Below are positions 25,404 through 37,485 of a stretch of 64,000 bases of DNA, piece by piece. The notes under the pieces were generated by a model. It did no database searches, was not told the DNA's origin, and was given only the letters and a program-made list of their open reading frames with translations. The stretch is from Raillietiella orientalis (taxonomy: Eukaryota), in assembly GCA_036172245.1 (NCBI GenBank), contig JAYWIR010000030.1:744001-808000 (forward strand), given 5' to 3'. The first letter of the stretch is position 1; each line of letters starts with the position of its first letter. A program made the position numbers and the translations under genes.

Positions 25404-27236
25404 ATGGCTATGATACAGAGGGAAGTATTTAATTGCGTCATCTGCTCAGCAGTTCTAGAACCTGTCGAATCCATCAGAGCAATTTCATGTGGGCATGTGT
25501 TCCATAATTGTTGCCTTTTTGACTGGATAAACAGGTTGCTTTTATAAGTTCTGATTAGCTCTACTCAAAATCATGTTCTAGTTCTTCAGCGACATGCCCT
25601 CAATGCCGTTCACAAGTGGAATACCTAAATCAACTTACACCATTGATGGATTGTAGTGATGTGAATGAAGTTCCTCAGAAAGTAGAAGACTATCAAGCAG
25701 AAATGGCCTTAGTAAGGTATCATGTATTGAATAAATGTCAGCTATCTAAGGAATGCAGTGTAATCAGTTGTCAATGAGAATTAGATATGATTTCCAGATT
25801 TGAAGTATCCATTTAGTAACTTGATCAAGATTTCATGTATGGCAACATGATTTTTGAATCATTCATTAAATTTATTTTATTTTTGAATATCAATTAATTG
25901 TTTTGATGATACATGAATTTGAAATTCCTTCATCAGAAAAGACACTGCTGAAGCGGATGCACACATGGAGATCATTTTAGAAAACACTATCCATTTGGAG
26001 TCACTTGTTGCAAAGAACAAAAAGTTGCTGTCAGACTGTGAGAACAGATTAAGTGAACTGGTGGATGCTGAAAACCAACTCGGATTACTTCAACAGTAAG
26101 TGTGTTAATTAATCTTGATCTTTATTGTAGTTTTTTTTTTCTTTTTAGCATTGAACAGATATTGAATCCAGATAATGAAGGGTACCTTCTACAGTTTCGT
26201 GTTCCAGATGATGAGGGAGTGAACACTTCATACAGGGCATGTGAACAAGTACAACGGTAGTGATCTTCAAAGTTTTGTCATTGTTGATCGTTTTTGTGGA
26301 TTTCAATATTTTATCACTTTTGCATATGGATGCATTTTTATTCTGTGAATCATTTAATAGCTGTTCTAAGCAGCTTGAATAGAATGGAGAAAATTTGCAT
26401 TCATTTCCTAAACTTCTTTTCTTCTTTTTTTTCTTTTTTTTTCCCATGGTCTCATACAAGATTCCTATTGCCCATTTTCTCTCAAAAATTTGCTTTGTGG
26501 AACTGCTAAGGGATGTTTAATTCAAATCAGATATGAGACATTCGTTTCTGGTTTGCTTGGTGCTAAACCAAGTTTTCCAGGGTGCGTTAAAGTTTGGGAA
26601 TTGAATGTTTGATGCTATGTCAGCACATTCTCAAATGAGTGTTTCACTCTAGGGAACTTCAGGGATGTCAAGCAGAATTGCAGTTGAAGAAGGAAAGGCT
26701 GGAGGAATCTGAGGAGTTAGTCACAACCCTCAGAGAATCTGTGCAAGGCTTTGAAAGGAAGCTCGCGAATCGCCAACAGCAAATAGTGCAATTGACTGAA
26801 GAAAATAAGAAGCTTCGTGACAGTTTGGATCACATAAGTTCAGCTATGGCTTCAACTACTGGTGTCACGAGTGGGGTTTCACATGCAAATTCTGTTCCCA
26901 GGCCGGAAGACACTGGTTCACCTAATCACCAAGGTATCTGAATAAAAGTTGTGTGTGAAAGTGTTTGTTTGCTGTCAAGTTGGTTCATCTGGGATGTTGG
27001 TGCGTCCTCATCAGAAGGTCTCTTCAGAAGGTTGCGGAAGTTGTTTGTCTGAAATGAAAAGGGGCAAACTCGATGGCAGATGGGGTGGTGAGGGTGCGGC
27101 CATGTTTTCTTTGAATTGCGATGACAAGAGACGTTGCAAGCAAGTTAAAGATAAGCAGATAATCCGGATTAGTTGTAAGAACTCTAAAAAACTCACCAAA
27201 GTTTGGAACTTTTTGTGGGATCGTCCTCATGCTTAA
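25404..27236 (+). CDS. TRAIP: TRAIP-like RING-H2 E3 ligase, copy 3 with divergent N-terminus (exons 25404-25534, 25582-25716, 25937-26095, 26149-26256, 26653-26933, 27028-27236)
   Basis: MAMIQREVFNCVICSAVLEPVESIRAISCGHVFHNCCLFDWINSSSATCPQCR is close to the canonical TRAIP RING (CGHTFHxxCLxxW...TCPQCR). All exons are open with the same phases as copy 1. Confidence 0.85.
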
Positions 27237-27370
27237 CCCTTTTATGACGTGTGTCCCCAAATAAAATTCGTTTTGCTAATGCAAGACCAATGATGTCACG
27301 GGAGGAAAGCAGTGAAGCTGATATACCTCCCTTTGTGCATTGACGGTACCTTCAACATGTGTGCAGAATC

Positions 27371-28405
27371 ATGGAACCTATGGCCATTGGTTCCTCGAAT
27401 AGTCCCAACAAGAGTGATTTGGGGTGCTCTCAGTATTTGCCCAGTTTTCTTTTGGGTGAATCTGTGTTGTCTGCATGTCCCACGAGCAGGCAATCCGCAG
27501 GATGCTCCGATCCTCTCCTCCGATCCTCTCCGAAGGTGGGAAGCCACTCGTTTTCTCCGAATGCGGATCTTTCTTCATCTAGGTTGGACAGGTGATATGC
27601 GTGTGCCGTGAGCGTTTTGTTAACTGTTGCGTGTTTCAGATCTTTTGGGCGTCGTTTTTCTCCGGAAGGACACGTGAATTTTTCCCATGGTCAGGCGGCG
27701 AGTTGTAATAAAATGAGAACGTCTGGCTGCAATGCAGGGCCCCCCGTCATCTCCCAGCTGCTGTCCCCATCGCTTCCTTCCAGTTGCTTCAGCGAATCTC
27801 GATCCCTTCAACCCAGTTTGGGAATGTGAGTGGTGCAGATGACAATCCGAGTGCTTGCTTAGTCAGCAGACATCTGATGACAATACTTGGGTGACGGTAT
27901 TTGGCTTTCTTCCATCAGCTTGCGCGTACATTCTGGAACAGTTTTCGTCCTATGGGAATGTACTTGAGCACATACTTCCATCTCGTGGTAATTGGATGCA
28001 TCTCCATTATGAAAACGCTCTGCAAGCCCACAAAGCCTTGTGCAAAAATGGCCACATACTTGGAGATGCCATTATGATTGGCGTAAAAGCGTGTACGCAC
28101 AAAGTAAGCAGCAAGTGAAAATGTGTGTGAATGCGCGAATTTTCGAAAACGTTGTTGCAGGACGCCACGAGGGATGCCACTTTGAGTGGCAGCGGACCGA
28201 GGAAAGTGGAACACGTGCAAGGGTACACACCTCCATCACGACTTTTGTCATCTTCTAGTTGGGCAGCGAAAGCTAATCACGACGTCAGTTGTCATCCTGC
28301 GCGCATTCCTGTTAATCTGCTCCGTTGTAGGTGATCCCGTGTTCCCCAGTGCCTCAAAGGAGTAATGGCCTGATGAATCGTGCAATGGAATTGCTGGGAT
28401 GGTGA
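27371..28405 (+). CDS. NUP35: Nup35/Nup53, copy 3
   Basis: Appears identical to copy 1. Confidence 0.95.
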
Positions 28406-29178
28406 AGTACACGTTTCAAGTCGAAAGATTCGTCATTTTGTGTGGTTCAGCATCTCGCAGAGTCATTAAAAATATTCAACATGGTTACGTGGCTTCGAGG
28501 TGTCTAATTGTGATGAACATTTGTGAATGCATCGTAAGGGAGTGGTAATTGAGGTTTTCTTCTCCCTCTCCGTCTTTCTGTTGACATCGGTGGCTTAAAC
28601 TGGCGGGAAGTTTTCCTAGTTGGATCACTTTTGATGCTTGAAGCAATCCAGCCGGATGAATTCTGGGAAAATTCCCCCCACTTTTCATGGTTGAGGTTTG
28701 GGGAGGTTTTTTTTTTTTTTTTGCTGATGTTTGTCCAGTAACGATCGACATCTGATGCTGACCGCTCTCGAATTGTGCAGTGCTGCCTGTATCTGGATGG
28801 TAATATTTGCACATCAGGTTTCGAAACGAACTGGCTCATGTTGTCGTTGTGACAAAGTGTTTGTTTAATTAATATCCGACCGTTGATCCTCGCTCCTGGA
28901 TGGTCCTCACCGCGTGCTAAGTTTTCCTATTGCACCGATCTGTGTGCGTTGGCAGCGTGAGTTTGCTCACGGGACTTTCCCCCCTTTGTACCAGCAAGCA
29001 AAATATTCCTAAGTGGTTGCGAAATTTCCCTTGTTCTTCCCTGTATTCTCCTTTTCGAAATACAGCAGCGGAGCTCCAGGGATTGATGAGCAGGAGGAAA
29101 TGCAATTGTTCGAAGAGGTGGTATGCGACCGCAAGTGCTGTCTTTAGAGGCAGTATTTCCAGCGCTCCATGCAGTAAG

Positions 29179-32100
29179 GTGTGGATCGTCGAGGTCTCGT
29201 GCTGGCCGAGCTCTGCAACCATTCCAGGCTGGTGTTCGAGCTTCTCCCGCCTGGCAAGGGGCCTCCTCCGACGCACGTCTGAAGGCAGCCGACCCACCCG
29301 CTTAGCCATCCGGTGGCGGCGGAGCATCTTCGCCAGCACCTCCTGGACTTCGTCGTTCGGGAGCTCGGGTGATCTGAAAGGATCGGTCCGTGTTCCCCTT
29401 GCACCTGCTCCCCCGCGGCTCCGGGGAAGGAGTGGCCAACAGCAGAGCGTTTGTGCAGTTCCGAACTGTTTCCAGATGCCCGGACGTCCGGCACCTGGCG
29501 GAGTACAAGGCGAGGGCCGAGCGCCAGGTTTGGCAGTCTGGAGCGGTTCGTCTGCTCGATGACCGGGGTCGGGAATGCTAGGCCGCGGTCGACTTTTGTC
29601 ACCTGGATATGCCGGGGCATTTATTATTAAAAAAATTTTTTTTACAAAAATCTATAATGAAGTCTTGAAGAATGTTTGTTTCTTGGTAGAACACGTTCTG
29701 CGACGCTCGGGAGACTTGCCGTGAACCAGTACGCAGACCAGTGTGGTCCTGCCCAGCGGCGAAGGGAAAGGGAAAAGCAAAGCAAAAATAAACAACAACA
29801 ATTGAAAAGGGCAGGAAAATGTTTTTTGAGGGAGAGGAGGGCAGGGAATGGATTACTGTTCGCTTGGATTGGTCCTCTGCATCCTGTTCAGGATACTGGA
29901 AAGTATCCTGAACAGGATGCAGAGGACTGCTCTGGAATTATTCCGGTGGGGCCATATTGATGCGGTCTCCAAGAAGATCGTCGTCCATTGCATGGCGTCC
30001 CTGCTGTTTTGGCGTCTTTGCTCTCCAGCTTGCCAGGATTCTGCGAACACAGCAGAGAACTGCTAGAGACTCGGGGGGGGGGGGGGGCATGATGCCTCAA
30101 GAGGCGCCGGAAAATATCCTTAGGGTTGCCTACTGGAAGATTCAGAATCGACGAGAGTCGATCCCAAAGTTCACAGAGGTCGACGCAGTCTATTAAGGGA
30201 TGCGGGAAGGTTTCCCTTTCGCTGCACTCTGCATAACGGGCATTCACGCTCCCTACTGTCCAGTGCGAGAGGCGTGCTCTGAATGGGATTCTCCAATGCA
30301 AAAATAGCAACGCCGTCTCTTGCCACTTCATGGGAAGGGTGCCACTGTCCCAACACACTGAGGGCCACTTCGCCTTCTCCTAAGGGATTGTCGAGCAGCT
30401 CGTCCCACAGCATAAGTCCTTTAGGCGGCACGCTCGGGGTCGCAGCGTCCTCTAGCTGCCGAGTTACCCACACCTTCAACCGTTTTTTCCTTCCTCCGAT
30501 GAGTCACGACACTTCCCACAATGCCCGTCTGATGCCGTTTCTAGAGTTCCTGAGGGAGGGCAACACTGGGACAGGGGGGGTAAAAGAAGCCCACAGAGCT
30601 TGTGTGGGTTGATGATTATCTCCTGTAGGGGTTGTCGAGCGTATGTTCCTTTTGCCCACGTACGCCGTCAGTGGCCGCCTATGCAGATGACCTGTTTCTC
30701 TTTTTACCCATGTCCACTCCGGCGTCCAGTCTCGAAGATTCCTTCGAGCTGATTCGTCGGGGAGCGGGAGTGAGCGTAAACAGGAGCGAGTGTGGTCGTT
30801 CCTGTGGGTGCTAGGTGGAAGGAGCAGTCCGACTGGAACCGCCTGGGGATTCCCGAGGCCAGGTGCTTGAAGTACCTCGGATTGCCGTTGGGCAACTTCA
30901 GTCCAGTAGAAGTGTAGTCAGAAGGCAGAGAGTGCTCTGGACTCGTTCCAAGGTGGCAAGTTCATCTTGCCGGCGCGGACTTCCGTTTGGAACACCTTCG
31001 TTGCCCTCCTCCTCCGCCCCTTCTTTTTTGTTTGTGAGCCCTCCTACTCGGCCAAGCTCCAGGCGCGACGCCTGTTGAGGAACTCTCTGTGAAGAACTGC
31101 GAGGTCCAGGATCCACCTCAAAGACTTGGCGGCTCCCCCTCTCCGCTCCGACTTTGGTCAGGATCGGACTGCAAGTGCAGTTCCGGATGTTGGCACTTTG
31201 TGCCAAATTTTGGACTACTCCGTCGTGTGCTCCTGAACTCGTGTTACTGCGGCGCTGCACCGTCAGCGAAGGACTGCTTTCGTTACTGCCGCACACCGAG
31301 CGCACCACAAGAGGCTTTGGCATCCCGCTGAGGCAGCCTGCTTCGCACCTGGAAGAATGGAAGCCCATTCTTGGATCCCCTGCCTCCCAACGAAATTTAA
31401 CGCCTGGTGGCAGGAAGCTTTGTTGTCCTGGGCAAAGCATCACGAAGTGCCGCTCATCGGACTTTGTTGCGTACACCTTTCCCCACTGTGTCCAGTGGAA
31501 GATGTGCTGAAGGAGCAGGGCAAGTGGACTCACCTAGCCGCCACGCCCCTTGCCGCAGCGTTGTATGCCCTCAGGGAAAGAGATAGCAGTTGCCTACCGG
31601 TGGGGTGGGAGGTCAGCTGCACTATCGCAGGAGCAACCCCACCCATGAACGGCTGGAGAACCAGCGAGATGGCAGACGCCTCCACGCTTTCCCAAAGGAC
31701 TCCTTCGAAGGAGCGAACTGCTGAGTGTGCCTCCCGAAGAACTTGCAGTCCTCCTTCGTGCGTGGACACTTCTGTGTTCCCCCTTGCTTGGTAACAAGAC
31801 GTGCTTTTGCTGGTGCATTGGGGATTCCATTGCAACCAGCGCATGAACATTGTTTCCGGGGGAGTTGCCTCCCCGAACTGCAGAAAGTGCGGAGAAGTGG
31901 AAACGCTCCCTCACTTGCTCTTCGACTGCAGTGCCCTCCAACGCTCTCCGACTACGGAGGCTGCCTTCAGAGCCCTTGCACCAGGGGAACACGGCAAGGA
32001 TTTTGATGCGCCTCTTCTTCACGCCAGGCGGCCTGTAGTTAGGTGCAGTCGTCGCAACGATCTGTTGCATCCGCGCCATCGTCACGGCCCACCTCCAGTT

Positions 32101-32447
32101 GGAGTCGCAGGTGATTTTTCGAGAGGTCACCGGATTAGCCGACGACCACATGAAGACGGCTACCGGGTGACCTCATCTTCCAGAAGAAGTGAGGAAGATC
32201 TCCGGCATTCAACGCCGGTTCTGAAACGAAGGAACGGCCGAAGCCAAAGACCTCTGTCCTTAAGCCCCCATATCTTTATTTATATTTTTTTTATGCATTT
32301 ATTTGTGGTCCCCTAACTCTTATTCTTAACTTTCGGTGTTACCGACCTGCGTGTCGGGGAGCCCTCCCCTCGAACTTCCGCTTTCTTTGTCTAGGAACTT
32401 TGTTCCTGGATAGTTTGTAATAAACTCCCTGGTGCACCCGGGTGCAA
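29179..32447 (+). mobile_element. 5'-truncated Tx1/L1-like element flanked by an 18-bp target-site duplication, with an antisense fragment inside
   Basis: TSD agcgctccatgcagYaag at 29161-29178 and 32448-32465. Contains a linker homologous to 9110-9270, VAAYADDLFLF, KYLG, CRKCGEVETLPHLLFDC, and the terminal motif at 32425-32448. Confidence 0.9.
29594..30625 (-). mobile_element. 5'-truncated antisense Tx1/L1-like element (CCHC and 3' UTR)
   Basis: LPMKWQETALLFLHW and ECSERETFPHPLIDC; terminal motif at 29594-29620. Confidence 0.88.
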
Positions 32448-33516
32448 AGCGCTCCATGCAGCAAGAGCCACCCGAAGGTGAAGGTTTGGGATTTTTGTTC
32501 TATTTTCAGGACTAGCTCTAATCAAACTTCAGTAGACTTATTATTGGCTTCGGATCTGGCTGGTATCATCAGTTCCTGCTATTCGTCTCGTTTTTGCGGA
32601 TTACGTTGTGATCATTTACCAGAAAAAAAATAAATAAATTACGTAGTTGTTGCAGTTGTATATCAAGGGGTTATTGTAACTGGAATACTTTTTATACGGC
32701 TTTTGCTAGGATTACGGTTACGTCCTCACCACGAGATGGATATGAAGAATATTGCAATACTGGGGATTTCACTGTGATTTCTGAGAATCCCCTCGCGTAT
32801 CAGGACTTCTCTCGCTATTCCGGAAGCGACTTCTCTAACTTTTTGCCTTTCCGTTTCCGAGACAATAGCTCGAAGATGAGAGATCTGATCTGCCTAGGTG
32901 GAGATGACACGATGCCTTTCCAGCTGGAGAGTTTGTCGCATCTCTGAGTGACTTCACATCTGGCAACTAGGCCGTCTGGCAACTATCTGCCATGATGTCA
33001 ATACCAGCTAACTGAAGGTGTGGTCGGAGTAATCAGGGTGCAACAAGCAGATAATTTTTTATTTTTTTTTTTAATTTAAGCAGATAATTCGAGTCCAAAT
33101 ATAAAATTTCGTCGTAGGGAAGTTTTCAAACTTCCCTCTGTGAAAGAGCAATAGCAGCAACGGGACGATGCTGCTTCGTGGCCAGAAGACAGTCTATTCT
33201 AGAAGCTTGGGAACTACCTGTCATCCTTCTCGGAATAACGAAAGCCGGTGATCCAGCACTACCGAGTAAAGAAGACAAAGAAGCTAGAAGCTGTGATTAA
33301 GTCAGCCAACGACAGTGTGGGACAGTGGCTTTCTCCTAAACGTGTGCTCTTGCCGTCAGTTATTGGGGGGTCTCTGAGTCATGGGATGTTCCAGAGTGGA
33401 CTCTATATTTGCCTGCGTCGGAAGCTGTGGCTGAGGTCTCCGCTCGTGGCACCACCACGCGTCGAGGGTTCGAATGCTCGACAAGATATGTGTGTCGCGG
33501 GTTTGAGTTTTTCCTG

Positions 33517-34040
33517 AAAGATGACGCTGGTTGGCCTACATTCATCCGGGTGCGGCACTGGTAGCGATGAAAACCGGATGCCCCCGATGAGGACCGGGAC
33601 AAATGGGAGTCGACCTCCGGGTCCTTTCAGGAATCAAGTAGTGGAAGTTCCCCTCCGGTTGTGAAGGAGCGGACGCCCCTTTCCCGGGGGAATCCTCCGC
33701 GTCGTACTGGCGACGTAGGTGTGCCGCCACCTCTCCAGAGTGTAGAGAAGCGAGCCGCTCCCTTCGCGGAGCGCCCTTCTGGGATGAGCTGAGCGTCCCT
33801 TCGGGGTTCTCTTCAGAGGAGGAAACAGGAGCGGTTCCTTTCTGTTGAGTCCCTCCGGAGAAGAGAATCCTACCAGCGGATCCCTTCCGGGTTCCTTCGG
33901 AGAAGAAACAACGGAGAGGGCACCTCCCGGGGTACCGCCTATCTTGAAGAATTACACGCATCCTTGGGTGGTGTGGGGACAGCGTCAAAGAGCAGCGTGA
34001 GCCGACAGGGGCTCGACGGCTCTCGAGGTACTCTGCGAAC
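33517..34040 (+). mobile_element. Dispersed repeat X (other copies 38690-39930 + and 45215-46515 -), probable CR1/L2-type ORF1 remnant
   Basis: Shared head (gggtgcgg..ctggt..ggatgcc), ~35-bp degenerate cccttcgggg units, then sequence reading as a composite VVWGDSVKE..LPGAR, like the CR1 ORF1 esterase GDS and LPGAR motifs. Confidence 0.55.
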
Positions 34041-34169
34041 CAAGAAAAAGAAAACACGAAAAGAAAAAAAGCCGGAAGGAAAACAGCGAGGACAGAAAAA
34101 ACGAACCCATGAGATTAGTAGTAGCATGTACGCATGGTATGCAAGAGGACCCGTGAGATTGTAGATGTT

Positions 34170-36043
34170 CTGAGGCAGGAGGCAAGCATAATATCTCCGT
34201 CCTGGTCTCTCAAGACCAGGATGGGGATCCCGAGTGGACTCTTCGAGGGGCAAGGGACAATTCCCGTATACGGCCCCTTGGTGCAGGCGACGATAGCATT
34301 CTTCTTCGCAAGCATCGTGATGAGAAGGTGGGCGTTGCGCTGATGGCGGGAATGTCGCCGTTGTCGTGATGTGTAATGGACTGCTACTAAAAGTGGTATG
34401 GATCAGCGGGAGAGTGGAGGGTCATTTCCTGGGCACTCCAGTGCACCTTGCAGAAGTCGCAAGAGGCAAGTGCGAAACCAATGCCCCCAAGTGAGGCGAC
34501 AACACGGTGACGACTGTGTGGAGAGGGAAATTCAGGCGGCAAATTACCGTGCGTGTTCAGGCATGATGCGTTGTTTTGGTTTGTTGTGTTGTCATGTCAA
34601 CGTTTTGTTCTGAATGATTCGCCCCGCCGCTGTTCGGACCCGGAGAACAGGTGCCGGAGGCTTCCCTGTGTGTGCCCTTGGTTACGAGACGAGACTGTGG
34701 TTTTCAGCGTGTTTGACTGAGGATCGTGCTCCTCATTTATGCATCTCCACGCAACTGGAGACATGACACTGAGCCGTACCTTGAAGATACGTAGATTATC
34801 GTGTCGATCCACCCCTACGAAAGAAGGCTTCCAAGGAAAGTGATCCTTCGTGGCTCGCAAGGAGCACGCCCGAACCCGGGGAGTCCGTCGAAGACAACAT
34901 TGATCGAGTGACGGAGCAAGAACGGTTCCCGTGGGGAAGCAAAGTCCGCGTCCCATCGGCGTTTCGCTGCACAGATCCGAATCGAGAAAGTGATTTTTGC
35001 TCCGCGGTGAGTGATTCGACTTTGTGGATTAACGTGGAAGAAAATTGCCTTTGTAACGGAGCACCGCGAGCTACAATCTTCCTCTCGTCACAGAGCACCC
35101 CGCCGAGGGGAAGGCGTGCCCTGAATCGGGCTGCATCGCGGGTCGGCACACCTCCCGCGAGTCTCGAACTCGGGGTCTGTCGACTGACCCATGAGCCCCA
35201 GGTTAACCCACTGCCTGGACTCCCAACAAGGACGGCGCAATTCGCGGGCCTAAAGTGCGTGGGGCGTGAGGAAAGTTCCTTATTCACATTTTCAAGCAAC
35301 ACAGAAGCAACTCGGAGATGATTATCCAGAGGCGCGGAAGACCGGTATCCCGGATCAAGAGAGTTGTCTAGAAAACTTGAGAGACGAGAGTCTCGAGTCA
35401 GCCCAGTCCAAATCATGGCTGGATCTGGGTGCTCCAGGGCGACCAGAGAGCGATAACTACCTGTTCCACGAACCATCAGTAGCGGCTATCGAGGTGTCAG
35501 AATCAACGCCAGTGGTACAGAGATCGGACTTTCTATTTTGCCGCTAGAAAGGCACCTTCGTCGAAGGGTCCTCGAGTTCACGGGCTCTGTCAAGCAGCAA
35601 CGTAATACGAGGCTCCTCGCAGACGGATGGACAAGGCGAGGCGAAGGTGCTTCTCGAGCACCGGAGCTAGCGAAATGTTTACTGGAAACACAAGTTGAGT
35701 ATGAAGAAACAAGATGACCTCTTCTCTGTGATTTTCCGATGGACTGGGCGCTAGCAACCAGAGGCGTTTCGCGACTCTGGTTGCCAGAGCTGTGGGATGC
35801 TACCTGAATAGCAACTGTTCTTCCAGGAACCACAGGACACGTCACGATTTGAATTATCTGCACCAGCTCTGCTTCAGCGCCTCTCAGATTAGGGAGATCA
35901 AAGAAGGAACTCTGATCGAGACGGAGGCGCATGCTTTCGAGATGTGAACGAAACTCCCCTTCGGGCATCCAGAGTCCAGTTGTGGATGAGAAGTTCGCGG
36001 GAAATTTGACATAACTGAATTCATTCATTCTACTCATCTCCAT
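34170..36043 (-). mobile_element. Highly degenerate LTR retrotransposon remnant (gag/protease/RT start)
   Basis: GIVPCPSKSPLGIPILVLRDQDG resembles the Ty3/gypsy RT start GIIxPSxSPWxSPxxLVxKKDG. The upstream gag- and protease-like similarity is weak. Confidence 0.4.
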
Positions 36044-36192
36044 ATCCTAACCATCTGAGGACCAGCTGCGGTGAGGGTGGAAATCGATCACGCTGTCGGT
36101 GTCAGAAATGGGGCTCGAGGAGGCTAGCTGCTGCAGGCGTTTTGAGGCGTTCACCGAGGGAGGCGTGCTCAACACTGCATCAAGAGCATGGC

Positions 36193-36859
36193 GCCTTCAT
36201 GGACCGTCTCAGGAAGGCAACACGGAAAAACTCGGAGATCCCGACCTGCGGCCAAGGCGCGTCCGGCGTTACCATCTGACCCCTTCCAGGGAATAAGCGA
36301 ATTCGCGTCATTCCACTCGACGCATCCCAAAACACGGCGGCAGCCTCGAGAAGGAGCGCGAAAGAAAGGAAGGAGAGAACGGCACGCAGAGAGGTGGGGG
36401 CCCGCTACTTGTTCCTCCCTTTCCCCCTTCCTCCCCACTTCGCAACCGCGGGAAATCCAGGCGTCCCACTTCGCGCGGTCCTCGTTCGCTTCGCTTGTTC
36501 CTCGGGAACGGCGATGTGGCAAGAGCTGGAAACTCCCAGAACGTACGCGGACCAGCTCGGCATGCTGATGGCGCGGCCCGAAGACCAACGCAGCCGCGGC
36601 ATGCACGGGATGCGACTTGGCGGCGCCCGTGTACGTTCTGGGAGCTTTGGACGACCGAGCGCGGACCTCGAGGGCTCGGAGCTGCTGGGAGCAGGCCTCC
36701 AGAGGCTGGTGACGAGGCCGAAACTGTAAACAAGGAGGCCTGCTGCAACAGGCAGGCAGCAAAGCCTGCAGCAGGTGGAATATGAGGTTGAGGGTTCGAA
36801 CCTCGGCGGCGAACCCGTGTGGCAACGCCCTGATTTCAACCAGTGACTTTCTCACTCTC
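36193..36859 (+). repeat. Unclassified ~660-bp GC-rich repeat; inverted copy at 51868-52546
   Basis: The ORF translations of the two copies are near-identical on opposite strands. Confidence 0.95.
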
Positions 36860-36867
36860 ACAATCGG

Positions 36868-37485
36868 AAAAGGAACGGAGTCTCGTCCCGTAAAATTCGA
36901 GGCCTTGGAGCCAAAATGCCTTCGACTTATTCTCGAAATTAAAATGGGTAAAAAAGTCCGACTTGCTTGAAAGCTGGAGATCGGCCTGTCGTATCTATGG
37001 GCGTCCAGTCGATCATTTTGGCGAGCAGAGCTGGCGCTGCTGGAAGAACCAAGCGTTGGGTTACAGCGCCCGATGAGACGCTCATCAGATCCCATGAGAA
37101 AGGTGTTGGTTGCTACGGACGGCAGGATGGTAGCCATGGAAGCCGGAATTCGCTAAGGAGTGTGTAACGACCCACATGCCGAAGCAACCGGTCCTGGAGA
37201 TGAGTGGGGCGCTCAAGCGTCGAGCCTGCACGCAACCGCCGGGACAGAACCGTTCCTGCTTTCCTGACGCGTTCCGGATGTCGCGTTCGGGCGAGTAGGG
37301 GGTCAGGACAGTGCACCCAGAAGGGTTTGGGCGCGATTTCGCATGGAGCTGCCGTCGGGGCAAATCTTGGCGGTAGTAGCAAATGCTCCAGTGAGATCCT
37401 GGAGGTCCGATATGGAGGAGGGTTCCATGCGAACAGCCTTTGAGTGCGGTCCCCAGTCGATCCCGAATCCCCGGAGAAATCTGTC
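36868..37485 (+). pseudogene. Degenerate 28S rRNA fragment
   Basis: Collinear matches to conserved LSU core sequence with many substitutions: gcagagctggcgctg, gacgctcatcagatccc, aaaggtgttggttg, cgctaaggagtgtgtaac, aaatcttggcggtagtagcaaat, agggttccatgcgaacag. No other rDNA parts are adjacent. Confidence 0.92.

Larger units (their letters stand above)
24342..28870 (+). repeat. Segmental repeat A, copy 3, with a highly divergent internal segment at about 25408-26270
   Basis: Near-identical to copies 1 and 2 outside the divergent segment; ends at gtttaatt, 80 bp earlier than copy 1. Confidence 0.97.
28890..32600 (+). mobile_element. Host SGNH-esterase-like remnant (28890-29178 joined to 32466-32600) split by the Tx1-like insertion
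   Basis: The frame continues across the TSD: ...VCVGS...SAPCSK / SHPKVKVWDFCSIF...LLLASD, resembling the SGNH C-terminal blocks. Confidence 0.45.

Noticed and set aside
36706..36726. Hammerhead-like tgacgaggccgaaac
   Set aside because: It lacks the C of CUGANGA, has no proper stem II, and no matching stems I and III were found.
36780..36815. tRNA gene suggested by ggttcgaacc
   Set aside because: No A-box or cloverleaf could be built.
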